Shown here piece by piece: positions 27,101-37,800 of a DNA stretch of 64,000 nt. The notes under the pieces are model-generated. The model had not been told where the DNA came from. It did no database searches and saw nothing but the letters and a program-made list of their open reading frames with translations. This DNA is from an uncultured virus (IMG/VR IMGVR_UViG_3300010885_015975). Lineage: Duplodnaviria > Heunggongvirae > Uroviricota > Caudoviricetes. The stretch lies in IMG/VR virus record IMGVR_UViG_3300010885_015975; one strand, written 5' to 3'. The translations under genes and the position numbers were made by a program. Each line of letters starts with the position of its first letter. Within the stretch, counting starts at the first letter, position 1.

Positions 27101-30100
27101 ATGAAGAAGCAAGTAAGAATTAGAAAAGCACTTCCAGGAGAAACTCCAGGGTACTATAACAAAACTGCTAAGTTTTTAGAGAAAGCAGCTATGGGTATGG
27201 AAGTTGGAGCTCCAAGTATGGATTCGGCTAAACTAAATCAAATATATGATCAGGTTTATATATCATTAAAAAATGATGCAACACCTGATATTTTATATAA
27301 TCAACTTATTAATGAGTATGCATTAGATGAGAATACATCAGTGATGCTTATTAAATCTGCTATGTCTAAACTTGCTGAGGAAGGTTATGTAGATCCTGAA
27401 GTAGTTAAAGATAAAACTGAACCAGAACAAGGAGTTGATCCACAACAACAAATAGATGAGGATAATGAAAGAGCAGCTTCAGATGCAGAGCAAGAAGAAC
27501 TAGCAATTTCTGATGGTGGTCTATATGATGAGGAAGATGCACAGATGAATCAGAATTCTGCTTTAGAAATGACACAGGATGAAGAGGAAAGTGCTTTTAA
27601 ATATGGTGGTTACTTTGATGATGGTGGTGAGTATCCTGAATTTGATGATATGAATCCTAATAAACAGATAAGTGAAGAACAAGCTGTAATAAATCAGTAT
27701 GGTACACCGGGAAGAACATCTGAAGAAAAACCTTTCTCTATGGAAGACTTAATTGCTATGACACCAGGTGCACAAGAGATACAAGAATTTCCAGATTTAG
27801 CATCTTATTTAGGTGACTACAGAAGTGCATCTGATTCTTATCAACCTCAAGATTATTTACCACGAGCACGAACTGGTTTGCAAGTTCCTAAATCAGCACT
27901 TCAAAAATTAGCTGAGTATATCCCAACTATAGGATATGCTAATAAAGCTAATCCTTTATCTAATATATCTACTCTACGTAAAGCTTTACCTGTATTTACT
28001 GGTATTGGTGATGCAATGACTAGGTTACCTTATGTAGGAGGAAAGTTTGCTCCAAAATTAGCTACTCCATTTACACAGAATAGAACTGAACTTTGGAATG
28101 TTATTAATGGAGCTGCTCCAAAAACAGGAGTGTTTAGTCAGAACGGAACATATGCTGGTGGAACTGATGGTAGTTTACAAGCAGATAGATTAGTATTAGA
28201 CCAAGAAGATGTTAAACGTATAATTGGAAAATTAGAATACGGTACTAATGAACCTTTTACATTAGAACATTACGGTAATATGTCTAACCAAGAAGGTTTA
28301 ATTAGTGGTGTATATCCACCGCAAACAAAAGTTATTGGTGGTGTGGATGATGCAGGTAATAAATTTTTTGAATTTAAACATACTTTTGGTCCTAATCAAA
28401 GTTTACCTTTTGGTACAACTCCTCCAAAAGCTAAAGAGGTTACATTTAAAAATAGATTTTATTACAATCAAGATCCTCAGACAGGTGATTTAAGTGTATT
28501 TGATCCGTTAGGTAATCCATTAACAATGGGTACTCAAACAAAATCAAGAGTAAATAGACCAATAGGAACGTCAATAGCACGTGCTTGGGGAGATATGGTA
28601 TTGAGAGATAATGAACGTACTCCATTTCCAAATGTTTTTGATGGTGCAAAAGGTTTTAAACTTGAAGAACTAACAGGTTTACCTCCAAATACATGGGATA
28701 CTTTAAGTAATAGAGGAAAACTTGGTAGAACTTTAGAAACATATGGTACTACAGGATTAAACCAATTATTTAGAACTGGTGCAAAAGGAGTTGAATCTGT
28801 TGATTATCCTGTATATGGTTATTCAAACATGGCTCTTGGACCAAATATGCAAGATCCTGCTGCTATACCTTATTCACAAACAGCATCTGATATTAAGAAT
28901 GCTATTAACTATAAGTATAGATTAGGTTTAAAGACTACACTTATTGGTGGTGGTTTAGGTTATCTAGGGTATCAAACATATGATGCATTAGCAAATCCAT
29001 GTCAATGTGAGGATCCTAATTTACCAAACTTCCAACCTAAAAATGCTCTTGGTAAATGTACATGTGGAACTGATGTAGGGCCAAGTAGAGTTTTAGATCC
29101 TACACCTATTCAAGAAGATACACTAATGTATCCAAATTCATTACAGATACCTGATAGTATGAAGTTTTTAAAAGGAAAAACTCCAAGTGATTATAATTAC
29201 TATAGGTATCAAGATCCAAATGTTGTAAATCCAAATACACAAAATCAAGTGTTGCCTGATGATTTTGCAAAAGGTGGTGTTTCTAAAAATAGATTTATTG
29301 ATAGAATGGTTTCAATGTATGCTGAAGGTGGAGATGCAGCTTTTGGTCAAGGTAAAAGAAAAGACACTTTGACAAATGATGTTGCTAACATGAAATCTTC
29401 TTTTATAAGTACATTAAAAAATAATTCTAATAAAGCAATATCAAAAGATATTTATGAGAATGCACAGAATAATCCAAAGATATTAAACATGTTAATGAAA
29501 GATGGATTCAAAGAAAATCTTGCAGAAGAGGAACCTATGAATACAGATTTTACAGCAGCTTTTGGAGGGTTTGTAGATATGGATGCTGAAGAACCACTAA
29601 CTAAATTTATTTACGGTGGAGATGAAGAAGAATATTATGAACCATACGGTCTAGAACAAGCAAGAGATGGTATTACTATTACCAACAGAGCTGGAGAGTC
29701 AAGAGGTATGCAAGATAAAATGAATTATCAAGAATGGGCAGATAGTGAAATATTAAATAGAAAAAGTGAAAGAGAAGATTGGGAAGCTGCTAATCCAGAT
29801 GGAGACTATGACGCTGATGTTAATTTAGATAGTAGAACATATGATGATTATCAGAATTTTTATGATGACGCATTAAATGATTATACTAATGAAGGTGCAG
29901 AGGAAAAAGTAACTAATGGTAATTGTCCAGCAGGATATACATGGAATGGATCTGCTTGTGTATTAAACTCAAGTGCAAGCTTGCAACCAAAGAAAACTCA
30001 GTGTGGTCCTGGTACTGTTTGGAATGAACAATATAAAATGTGCATTCCTATAGCAAAAATGAATTATAATTATACTCAAGTTAGAAATCCAGGTGGTTAT

Positions 30101-31381
30101 GGACGTAACTTAATACCATGGAATCCTATATTTCAGTCAGCTGGCTCTTGGGTTAAACAAAAAAAATCTCCATATTATTTAAATGATGGTAGATCTTATA
30201 ACGGTCTTATTCCAGATAAACCTGTTGCTAGTTATACTACTAAAAAAGGTTTATTAGGTGGTAGAAAAAAATGGATTGATATCTATCAGGTTGATGGTAA
30301 TGGTAATGCTACTGGAGTTCCTATGGGTGATTTAACACAACTTGAAGGTATGTTAGATAACCGTGGTAGAAAAAATATGAAAATGCCTTCAGTAAAAAGT
30401 AATACTCCAAAAGAAAGTCCTAACAAAGAAAGTAGAAGAGATCGTTTAGAAGATCAAGCAAAAGAAAGATTTCAATTTAGTGATCAAGAATGGGATGAAC
30501 AAACTAAACGTGGTCAAAGAAATCTAAGACAAGCTGAGAGATATGAACAAGGACGTGGTGCTAGATATAACATTGATCAAGCTTACTATGGTGCTAAAAA
30601 TGCAGTTGACAATGTAAAGGATTCATATGGTAAAGTTAAAAGTTTAGTTGATAAAATTAAAAATCCTTCTTTTAAAAGAATGGGTGGTGCTTTTGAAGTT
30701 GGTACAGGTTTTGGTATAGGAGCTGGTCAGAATCAATCTGGTTATAATCCTTATTCACAACAATCACAATTTGAAAATAATATGTTTGGTACAGGAGCAC
30801 CAAATAACATGCCTCAACAACAAAACCCATTTAATTTTATAACTCCTACTGGAACAGGTTCTTATGCTGAAACTGCAAATACAGGTAACACAGTAGGTAA
30901 TCAAGGACAAGAAATTATTCCACAAGCACCTACACCTGCACCTGAACCTAATCAAAACCAGTATGTTGGTGTAGAAAGACAACGTAAAACTGCTAGAAAT
31001 TTTGATGGTGAAGCAGGGGTTAATGCTTTTAATGCTTTAGCTAATGGTGCATTAGGAATGTTTGAAAGAGCAAAGAATGCACCTATAGAGAATAACATGT
31101 TATTAGACACGTTTGATCCTATGAATAATGTAGTGGCTTCTAATCTAACAGACACGGGAGATCATGTGGATTTTGGTTCCAAGACAGGTATGTATAGATA
31201 TGATCAAATGGGATCAGACAGAAACAGTAGAGCAACATTTGGTAATTTTGCAAATAGCAATGCTGCTCAATATGGTGGTTACATGCAAGATGGTGGTTAC
31301 ATGGATGATGAAGAAGTATATATGACTCCAGAAGAATTAGAACAATTCTTAGCAGCAGGAGGACAAGTTGAATATTTATAA
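27101..31381 (+). CDS. Modular, partly low-complexity cargo protein with many GG motifs
   Basis: 1426 aa; acidic linkers, FKYGG/FAKGG/YAEGG/FIYGG/AQYGG/MQDGG motifs, one hydrophobic segment TTLIGGGLGYLGY. Confidence 0.7.
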   Translation: MKKQVRIRKALPGETPGYYNKTAKFLEKAAMGMEVGAPSMDSAKLNQIYDQVYISLKNDATPDILYNQLINEYALDENTSVMLIKSAMSKLAEEGYVDPEVVKDKTEPEQGVDPQQQIDEDNERAASDAEQEELAISDGGLYDEEDAQMNQNSALEMTQDEEESAFKYGGYFDDGGEYPEFDDMNPNKQISEEQAVINQYGTPGRTSEEKPFSMEDLIAMTPGAQEIQEFPDLASYLGDYRSASDSYQPQDYLPRARTGLQVPKSALQKLAEYIPTIGYANKANPLSNISTLRKALPVFTGIGDAMTRLPYVGGKFAPKLATPFTQNRTELWNVINGAAPKTGVFSQNGTYAGGTDGSLQADRLVLDQEDVKRIIGKLEYGTNEPFTLEHYGNMSNQEGLISGVYPPQTKVIGGVDDAGNKFFEFKHTFGPNQSLPFGTTPPKAKEVTFKNRFYYNQDPQTGDLSVFDPLGNPLTMGTQTKSRVNRPIGTSIARAWGDMVLRDNERTPFPNVFDGAKGFKLEELTGLPPNTWDTLSNRGKLGRTLETYGTTGLNQLFRTGAKGVESVDYPVYGYSNMALGPNMQDPAAIPYSQTASDIKNAINYKYRLGLKTTLIGGGLGYLGYQTYDALANPCQCEDPNLPNFQPKNALGKCTCGTDVGPSRVLDPTPIQEDTLMYPNSLQIPDSMKFLKGKTPSDYNYYRYQDPNVVNPNTQNQVLPDDFAKGGVSKNRFIDRMVSMYAEGGDAAFGQGKRKDTLTNDVANMKSSFISTLKNNSNKAISKDIYENAQNNPKILNMLMKDGFKENLAEEEPMNTDFTAAFGGFVDMDAEEPLTKFIYGGDEEEYYEPYGLEQARDGITITNRAGESRGMQDKMNYQEWADSEILNRKSEREDWEAANPDGDYDADVNLDSRTYDDYQNFYDDALNDYTNEGAEEKVTNGNCPAGYTWNGSACVLNSSASLQPKKTQCGPGTVWNEQYKMCIPIAKMNYNYTQVRNPGGYGRNLIPWNPIFQSAGSWVKQKKSPYYLNDGRSYNGLIPDKPVASYTTKKGLLGGRKKWIDIYQVDGNGNATGVPMGDLTQLEGMLDNRGRKNMKMPSVKSNTPKESPNKESRRDRLEDQAKERFQFSDQEWDEQTKRGQRNLRQAERYEQGRGARYNIDQAYYGAKNAVDNVKDSYGKVKSLVDKIKNPSFKRMGGAFEVGTGFGIGAGQNQSGYNPYSQQSQFENNMFGTGAPNNMPQQQNPFNFITPTGTGSYAETANTGNTVGNQGQEIIPQAPTPAPEPNQNQYVGVERQRKTARNFDGEAGVNAFNALANGALGMFERAKNAPIENNMLLDTFDPMNNVVASNLTDTGDHVDFGSKTGMYRYDQMGSDRNSRATFGNFANSNAAQYGGYMQDGGYMDDEEVYMTPEELEQFLAAGGQVEYL

Positions 31382-31389
31382 ATAACCCG

Positions 31390-34300
31390 ATGATAAAAGT
31401 TAGAATTAAGAAATTACCTCAAGCAAAAACAGGATATCAAGTCCAAGGTGCTTTAGTAAATGATGTTCCAGCAATGGGTGGAGCAGACTATAATGCTTAT
31501 ATAGGAAAGCCTAAACTTATAGCTAGTAAGTATATTACTGCTGTACCAAGAGATGAAGCTAACTTAGAAGCAGAAGGTGGTGAAACTGTATACGGGGACA
31601 TCAACGGTGATGGATTAGCAGAACATCAATTCATAAAAGGACCAAGACATAGTGCTGGTGGTGTACCATTAAGTTTACCAGAAGATACTTTTATTTTCAG
31701 TGATACGAGAGGTATGATGATAAAAGATCCTAATGTACTTGCTATGTTTGGTAAAACAGGTAAGGGTAAATCTTTTACTCCTGCAGAACTTGCTAAACAA
31801 TATGATATTCAGAAATACAGAAAAATCTTAGAAGATCCTGATACTGATGCTATAGAAAGAAAGTCTGCTGAATTAATGATGAAAAAATATGTTATTAAGT
31901 TAGGATGTTTAGCTTTAGCACAAGAATCAATGAAAGGTTTCCCTCAAGGAATTCCTGCTGTTGCTAAACCTTGTATGGATGCTAGAGGTCTTACAGAAGA
32001 ACAGATCTTACCATCTAAAGAGATTAGTGTATTGAATGACCAGTTGAAGAAACAAATGAAACAACAGGAAAATTCAGATCAGACTATGGAATCAGAGAAT
32101 GAGCAAAATCAAATGATGCAAGCTCAAGAAATGAATCAAGGTCAACCAGTTGCACAAGCTCAAGAACAACCAATGTCTCAACAAGAAATGATGATGATGT
32201 ATGGTGGTGGTATGAGAAGATTAAGAAGGGCTGCAGAAGGTATGCAACAACCATCTCCTGAAGAAATGGCAATGATGGAACAACAAGCACAAGCTCAACA
32301 AGGTCAACAAGGTCCTCAAGGTGGTGGTCAAGATGAGATGATGCAGATTATACAAGAAGTTCAAGGTGCTTTACAAAGAGGTGCTGAACCTGCTCAAGTT
32401 GTTATGAGTCTATTACAAAATGGTCTTCCACCTGAAGCTATAGTACAAGTATTTACACAAATGGGTGTAGCTCAAGAAGAGGCAGTAGGTCTTATTCAAG
32501 AAGTTATGTCCCAAGCTCAAGGTGGACAAGAACAAGCAATGAGTCAACAACCTCCTATGGAAGAAGAACAAATGGCACCACCAATGGCTGCTTATGGAAT
32601 GTCTATGGGTGGTTATGATATGCCTTTCTATGATATGCCAGAAGCAGAGTATGGTATGTCAATGGGTACAGGTATATCTCAAAACTATCAAGGAAGACCT
32701 AAAAGAATTCCTGCATCTGGTCCTATAACACGTATGGTTAAAGCTAGAGATGGTATTGAAGTTAAACGTGCTGATTATAAAACTGATGCTGAATTTCAAC
32801 AAGCATTAAGAAGAGCTTATGTTCAATCAGGAAGAGGTAAAGAAAAAATTTATGTTATACAACCTGATGGTAAAAAAGTAGAACAAAAAGTTTCTGCAAC
32901 AGGTTATGATAAATACTCAGGTTCTGATTTAGATAAGTGGAATGGTAATCAAGTTGCTGCTGCTACATATGAAGCACTAACACAAACATTTAATGATCCA
33001 AAAGCTAAAGCTACATTTGCAAAACAAGTAAGAAATACTTTAACAGACCAACAAGCATACAAAGGTAAAAGTGGTGCTTTTTCTAAAACTTATCAACAAA
33101 GATTTGGTAAAGATCCAAGTCAATTAAGTGATGATGAAATTGTAAATAAGTATCTTAGGATGCAAGAACGTAACTTGAAAACTACAACTTATAAAGATAA
33201 GTTAGGTATTCCTCTTTATGGTTCTTGGATGTATAAGGATAATAATGGTGACTTAAGAGGCTTTGAAAGTTCTGGTGATGCAAAAGGAGATAGAAGAGGT
33301 TTTAAAGATGTTGTGAAAGAAGCTAATCCCAATTTAACAGATAGTGAAGTTCAAGACATGTATAATAAAATTAAAACTGCAGGTTTTACATCTCTTCAAT
33401 CAGTTTCTCAAGACATGGGTTTACCTATGAATAGAAAAACTGGAAGTGGTTCTGCAGATTCACCTTATGATGAGGAAGCATACATACAACAAGCAGGTTT
33501 TATTGCAGCAGATAGATTAATGAAAGATCTTGATGCAAATCCTGGTAACTATGATGAAGACACACAAATGTCATTGTTAGGTATTACAAGCTTTGCTGGA
33601 TTTACTCCTTATGGAAAACAAACAGGATATAATGATGAAACAGGTCAAGCTGTTACTAACATATCTCCTATTGATGCCTATTATACAAACACTACACAAG
33701 ATCAAAAACAAGCTATTCATGGATTAAAATTTGAAGATATACCTGGAGAAGAACCTTGTCAATGTCTTGATCCAAATAAACCTAATTATAAACCAAATGA
33801 TGCTCAAGGAAATTGTACATGTAATCCAGTTCCAAAAAAATGTCCATGTCAAAAAGCTGATGGTACTGTAATAGAGATGACTGTTGATGTAAATGGTAAT
33901 TGTCCTCCTTGTACAGAAGATCAAGATATTCCTGTACCAGGTGAACCTCCTGGAATGTGGTTACAAGATACTATCAAAACTACAGGAGCATTTGGAGATC
34001 TAATGGGTCTTAAGAAAAGAATGCCAGCTGCTTTTAATGTATCATTGGGTGTACCAAGACCTACATTTGTAGATCCTACAAGAGAACTTGGTGCTAATGG
34101 TGAACAAGCAGCTATTCAGACAAATGCTTTAGCACAGTTTGCTGGACCTCAAGGTTTAAGATCATCAGGTGTTCAGGGTTCTGCTGCTAAAAATGCTGCT
34201 GACATATTAGCTAAGTATAATAATTCTAATGTTAATATTGCTAATCAATTTGAATTAAAAGCAAATGATATTATAAATCAAAATAGTATGTTAAGACAAG

Positions 34301-34773
34301 CAACTAATCAAAGATTGTATGATCAAAATACTATTGCTAATCAACAGTTTGATAATGCTAAATTAGCAATGAGAAACAATGTTAGAAACTATTATACTCA
34401 AGGTATTACTAATAAGTGGAAAACAGATGCATTAAATCAAATGTATCCTAACTATGCAGTTAATGCACCTTCTGGTGGACGTATGGATTTTAAACCTACT
34501 CCTAAAACAGTTGATGGTAGAGGTGCTAGTAGTGCTATGACAATGCAAGAAGCAATGGATTGGTGTAAACAAAACAATCCTAATGCAACAGATCATTCAG
34601 CATGTATGTCAAGAGTTATGAATTCACAAAGTAAGCCAGGTAGAAGTGGTGTACCAGATCCAAATATAATAAACAGTGTATATGGATCACAACAACAGAC
34701 AAAAAAAGGTGGTTCAGTACGTGACAACAGTGGTTATATTGATATTAGTTCATGGCTACCATTTTTACTATAA
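31390..34773 (+). CDS. crAss-like cargo protein 1-type ejection protein
   Basis: ANLEAEGGETV...GPRHSAGGVP....DTFIFSD domain resembles the conserved crAss-like cargo motif; Q/M-rich linker; N/Q/A-rich coiled C-terminal part. Confidence 0.65.
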   Translation: MIKVRIKKLPQAKTGYQVQGALVNDVPAMGGADYNAYIGKPKLIASKYITAVPRDEANLEAEGGETVYGDINGDGLAEHQFIKGPRHSAGGVPLSLPEDTFIFSDTRGMMIKDPNVLAMFGKTGKGKSFTPAELAKQYDIQKYRKILEDPDTDAIERKSAELMMKKYVIKLGCLALAQESMKGFPQGIPAVAKPCMDARGLTEEQILPSKEISVLNDQLKKQMKQQENSDQTMESENEQNQMMQAQEMNQGQPVAQAQEQPMSQQEMMMMYGGGMRRLRRAAEGMQQPSPEEMAMMEQQAQAQQGQQGPQGGGQDEMMQIIQEVQGALQRGAEPAQVVMSLLQNGLPPEAIVQVFTQMGVAQEEAVGLIQEVMSQAQGGQEQAMSQQPPMEEEQMAPPMAAYGMSMGGYDMPFYDMPEAEYGMSMGTGISQNYQGRPKRIPASGPITRMVKARDGIEVKRADYKTDAEFQQALRRAYVQSGRGKEKIYVIQPDGKKVEQKVSATGYDKYSGSDLDKWNGNQVAAATYEALTQTFNDPKAKATFAKQVRNTLTDQQAYKGKSGAFSKTYQQRFGKDPSQLSDDEIVNKYLRMQERNLKTTTYKDKLGIPLYGSWMYKDNNGDLRGFESSGDAKGDRRGFKDVVKEANPNLTDSEVQDMYNKIKTAGFTSLQSVSQDMGLPMNRKTGSGSADSPYDEEAYIQQAGFIAADRLMKDLDANPGNYDEDTQMSLLGITSFAGFTPYGKQTGYNDETGQAVTNISPIDAYYTNTTQDQKQAIHGLKFEDIPGEEPCQCLDPNKPNYKPNDAQGNCTCNPVPKKCPCQKADGTVIEMTVDVNGNCPPCTEDQDIPVPGEPPGMWLQDTIKTTGAFGDLMGLKKRMPAAFNVSLGVPRPTFVDPTRELGANGEQAAIQTNALAQFAGPQGLRSSGVQGSAAKNAADILAKYNNSNVNIANQFELKANDIINQNSMLRQATNQRLYDQNTIANQQFDNAKLAMRNNVRNYYTQGITNKWKTDALNQMYPNYAVNAPSGGRMDFKPTPKTVDGRGASSAMTMQEAMDWCKQNNPNATDHSACMSRVMNSQSKPGRSGVPDPNIINSVYGSQQQTKKGGSVRDNSGYIDISSWLPFLL

Positions 34774-34815
34774 ACTTTAAAGGTTTAGTAAACTTAAAAA
34801 ATTTTAATAGATTTA
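34771..34815 (+). promoter_or_regulatory. 17-bp imperfect palindrome plus degenerate late motif
   Basis: TAAACTTTAAAGGTTTA with TTTAATAGATTTA at 34803; same spacing as at 27041. Confidence 0.45.
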
Positions 34816-34829
34816 CACAAACATAAATT

Positions 34830-37800
34830 ATGGCAACGTATTTACAAGGAGTCACAGATTATATACCAGATTATCAGCCGTTTCAGCCTGACTTAAATTT
34901 CTATGGAAATGTGATGCAGACTAAACAAACTCAGTATGATACAAACTGGCAATCACTAAATAATCTATATGGTCAACTTTATGGTGCTGACTTAACACAT
35001 GATTTAAATATCAAGAAAAAAGATGAACTTTTAAAACAAATTGATTTTAATTTAAAAAGAGTATCTGGACTTGACCTTTCTCTAGAGCAGAATGTTACTC
35101 AAGCTATGCAAGTATTCAAACCTTTCTATGAAGATAAGTATCTTATGAAAGATATGGCATACACAAAGAATTGGAAGAATACATATAATTCAGCAAATGC
35201 TTTAAAGAATTCTCAAGATGAGAAACAAAGAAAACAATGGTGGGGTACAGGTATTCAAGGTTTAGAGTTGAGAAGACAAATGTTTAAAGATTCTGATTTA
35301 GAGGGAACTTTAAATATGAGTAATGCTCAGTACACACCTTTTGTAAATGCTGTGCAAGAATATATGGACTTAGCTAAAAAGATGAATGTAGGATCTGTTC
35401 AAACATTACCAGATCAATCTGGCTTATATTTAGTAAGAAAAAAAAATGGAGAGTTGATATTACCTACACTTCAGAATATGTTCTTAGCAGAATATGCAAA
35501 TAGACCAGACATACAAGACATGTATAGAGAAAGTGCATTTGTAGAAAGAATGAACTATGCAAATCAAAATGCAGAAAAGTATGGTGGTAATAAATTAGAA
35601 GCTGAGAAACAATACATTAAAGAAAAATATGATTGGTTAAAAAATTATGCTTCTGATAAAAATGTTAAAGCTCAAGATGATTTAAGTACTACTAAAAGTT
35701 TGCAAGGTAATCTTGAAAAAGATGTGAATAATGGTAATGTAAATCCACAACAAAATAACTATGGTAAATCATTAGAAGATTTGTTTGCTGTTAATACTAC
35801 TGTAGCTGATAATGCACAAAAGTTAAATAATCAGATTAATGATAAACAATCTACAGCTGCAGCACAAGGTTATGATGAAGATATCTTAGGTGATATAGAA
35901 TTAGCTAGATTAAAAGTTGATGCTGGTTTTGCTTCAGTTAGAGCAGAACAAGATATTATGAAAGCATCTGGTAATTATGCAACACTTAATCAAGAAATTG
36001 AATACAAAGCTAACCCTGTAGGTTTAGAATTTTTAAGAGATAAACATGCTAGATCTAGACAAAAACAAGCTCACAGTGATAGAGAGTCTGAAATAGACAG
36101 AGCAAATCAAGCAAAAATGTATCAAAAAGCTGTAGACTATAATGTTAAAAAAGGATACTGGGGCTTTACTAAAGATGGTCAATTAAATACAAACCCTCAA
36201 AGTCAAGGTTTTAATATTAATCTTGTTACACCTGATGGAACAACAGCTGAAGAAATGTCTCTTGATGCAGCAAATAAATACATGAGAGATCAAATGATTA
36301 GTCAAAATGCTACTGAACCAGTAAATAACTTAATGAAGTTTATTAATAACGGTGTAACTAGTGATTCATTTAGTGCTGCTCAGTTAGCTCAATTTGTTTT
36401 AAAATTAAATCCAAGTGAGCCAACTGCAAAAAGAATTTTAAAAGAGGGAAGTAAAAATTACAAACCAGACATTGTTAAAGTATGGAATCAAATTTGGAGT
36501 GGTTATAAAGCTGATCCTAATAAGTTTACATCTGAAAAGGTTAACTCAGGTCAAATATACAATGTAAATAATTTGATGCAAAGTTGGACTGCTCAACATT
36601 CTGGAAGTGGATTAGCACAAGAGTATTTTAAAGATCAGTCTATGATTAAGTTAGATCAACTTGCTAGAGTTGATGATGCTATGAATGTTGTTAGAAATAA
36701 CAATTATGATAAAATCAAAACTAAATTTACACAGGATTTAAATTACATTATAAATAATGTAAAAACCAAAGATCCAGAAGCATACAAAAATATTAATGAT
36801 GCTAAAATTCAACAAGCTGTAAACTTAATGATGTCTAAATATGCTTTAGATAGTCATGGTAATACAGATGAATTTAAAGCAATGGCTCCTGAAGTAGATG
36901 CACAAATATCACATATTCTAGGTTTTAGTATTGGAAAATCTACAAATCAAAAAGCTGAATCAAAATGGTATAACTATGTTGTTCCATTAACAACACTTCC
37001 AAGAATTCTTGGTGATGGTAGAGAAAATGTAAAAGATAAAGCTTCTTGGGTAGCCGATGTATTTGATAATTCATTTGAAGAACTTGCAAAAGATATGAAT
37101 CCTGAATCAGGTTTACAAACATATCCTATTAGTGGAACTCAAAGATCTGGTAATAAAGTAGCTTTAGCTGCAGAAACTGGTACTACATTGGTTGCTCCAG
37201 GTATTGCTTGGGATCCAGGAAATCAAGCAGCTTCTCAAATGTTTAGTACTATTTTAAGTACAAACTGGAATCAGGATAAAAATAAATTTAGAATTTCTAC
37301 TAACGGAAATAACTTGCCTGGTTCAGATGATGACTGGGAAAATACAGGTGTTACACAAAATGAAGCAACTGCTATTGTAAGAGAACTTCAAGGAAGATTA
37401 AATTCAGATCCTGAATTAAAACCTTTTATGGTTCATGCTACAAATATGTCAATGGAAAGTACTAAGCTTGGGTCTATGAAACTTACAGCTCCGAGAGATG
37501 TAATTGAAAAAGTAATTGAAAGTATGTCAGATGGTGGTAAACCAGAAGACCTTAAAGCTAAAATTGATAAAATTTACCAAAATGGTATTACATTTATTGC
37601 ACCTAAAAATATTTGGGACAGCAATCCATTATTTTCAAAACAGTTCCCAACTCCTACAGAAGTCCTCCTAAGACAGGGACCAATTAAATATAGTGATCCT
37701 GCTGGTAATGGTAAATATACTATTGAGAAAACACCAGGTGTTGGAGATTACTCAGGTGTTGGAGAATTCTATGAGATGATGCCAGATGGTTCTAAAAATA

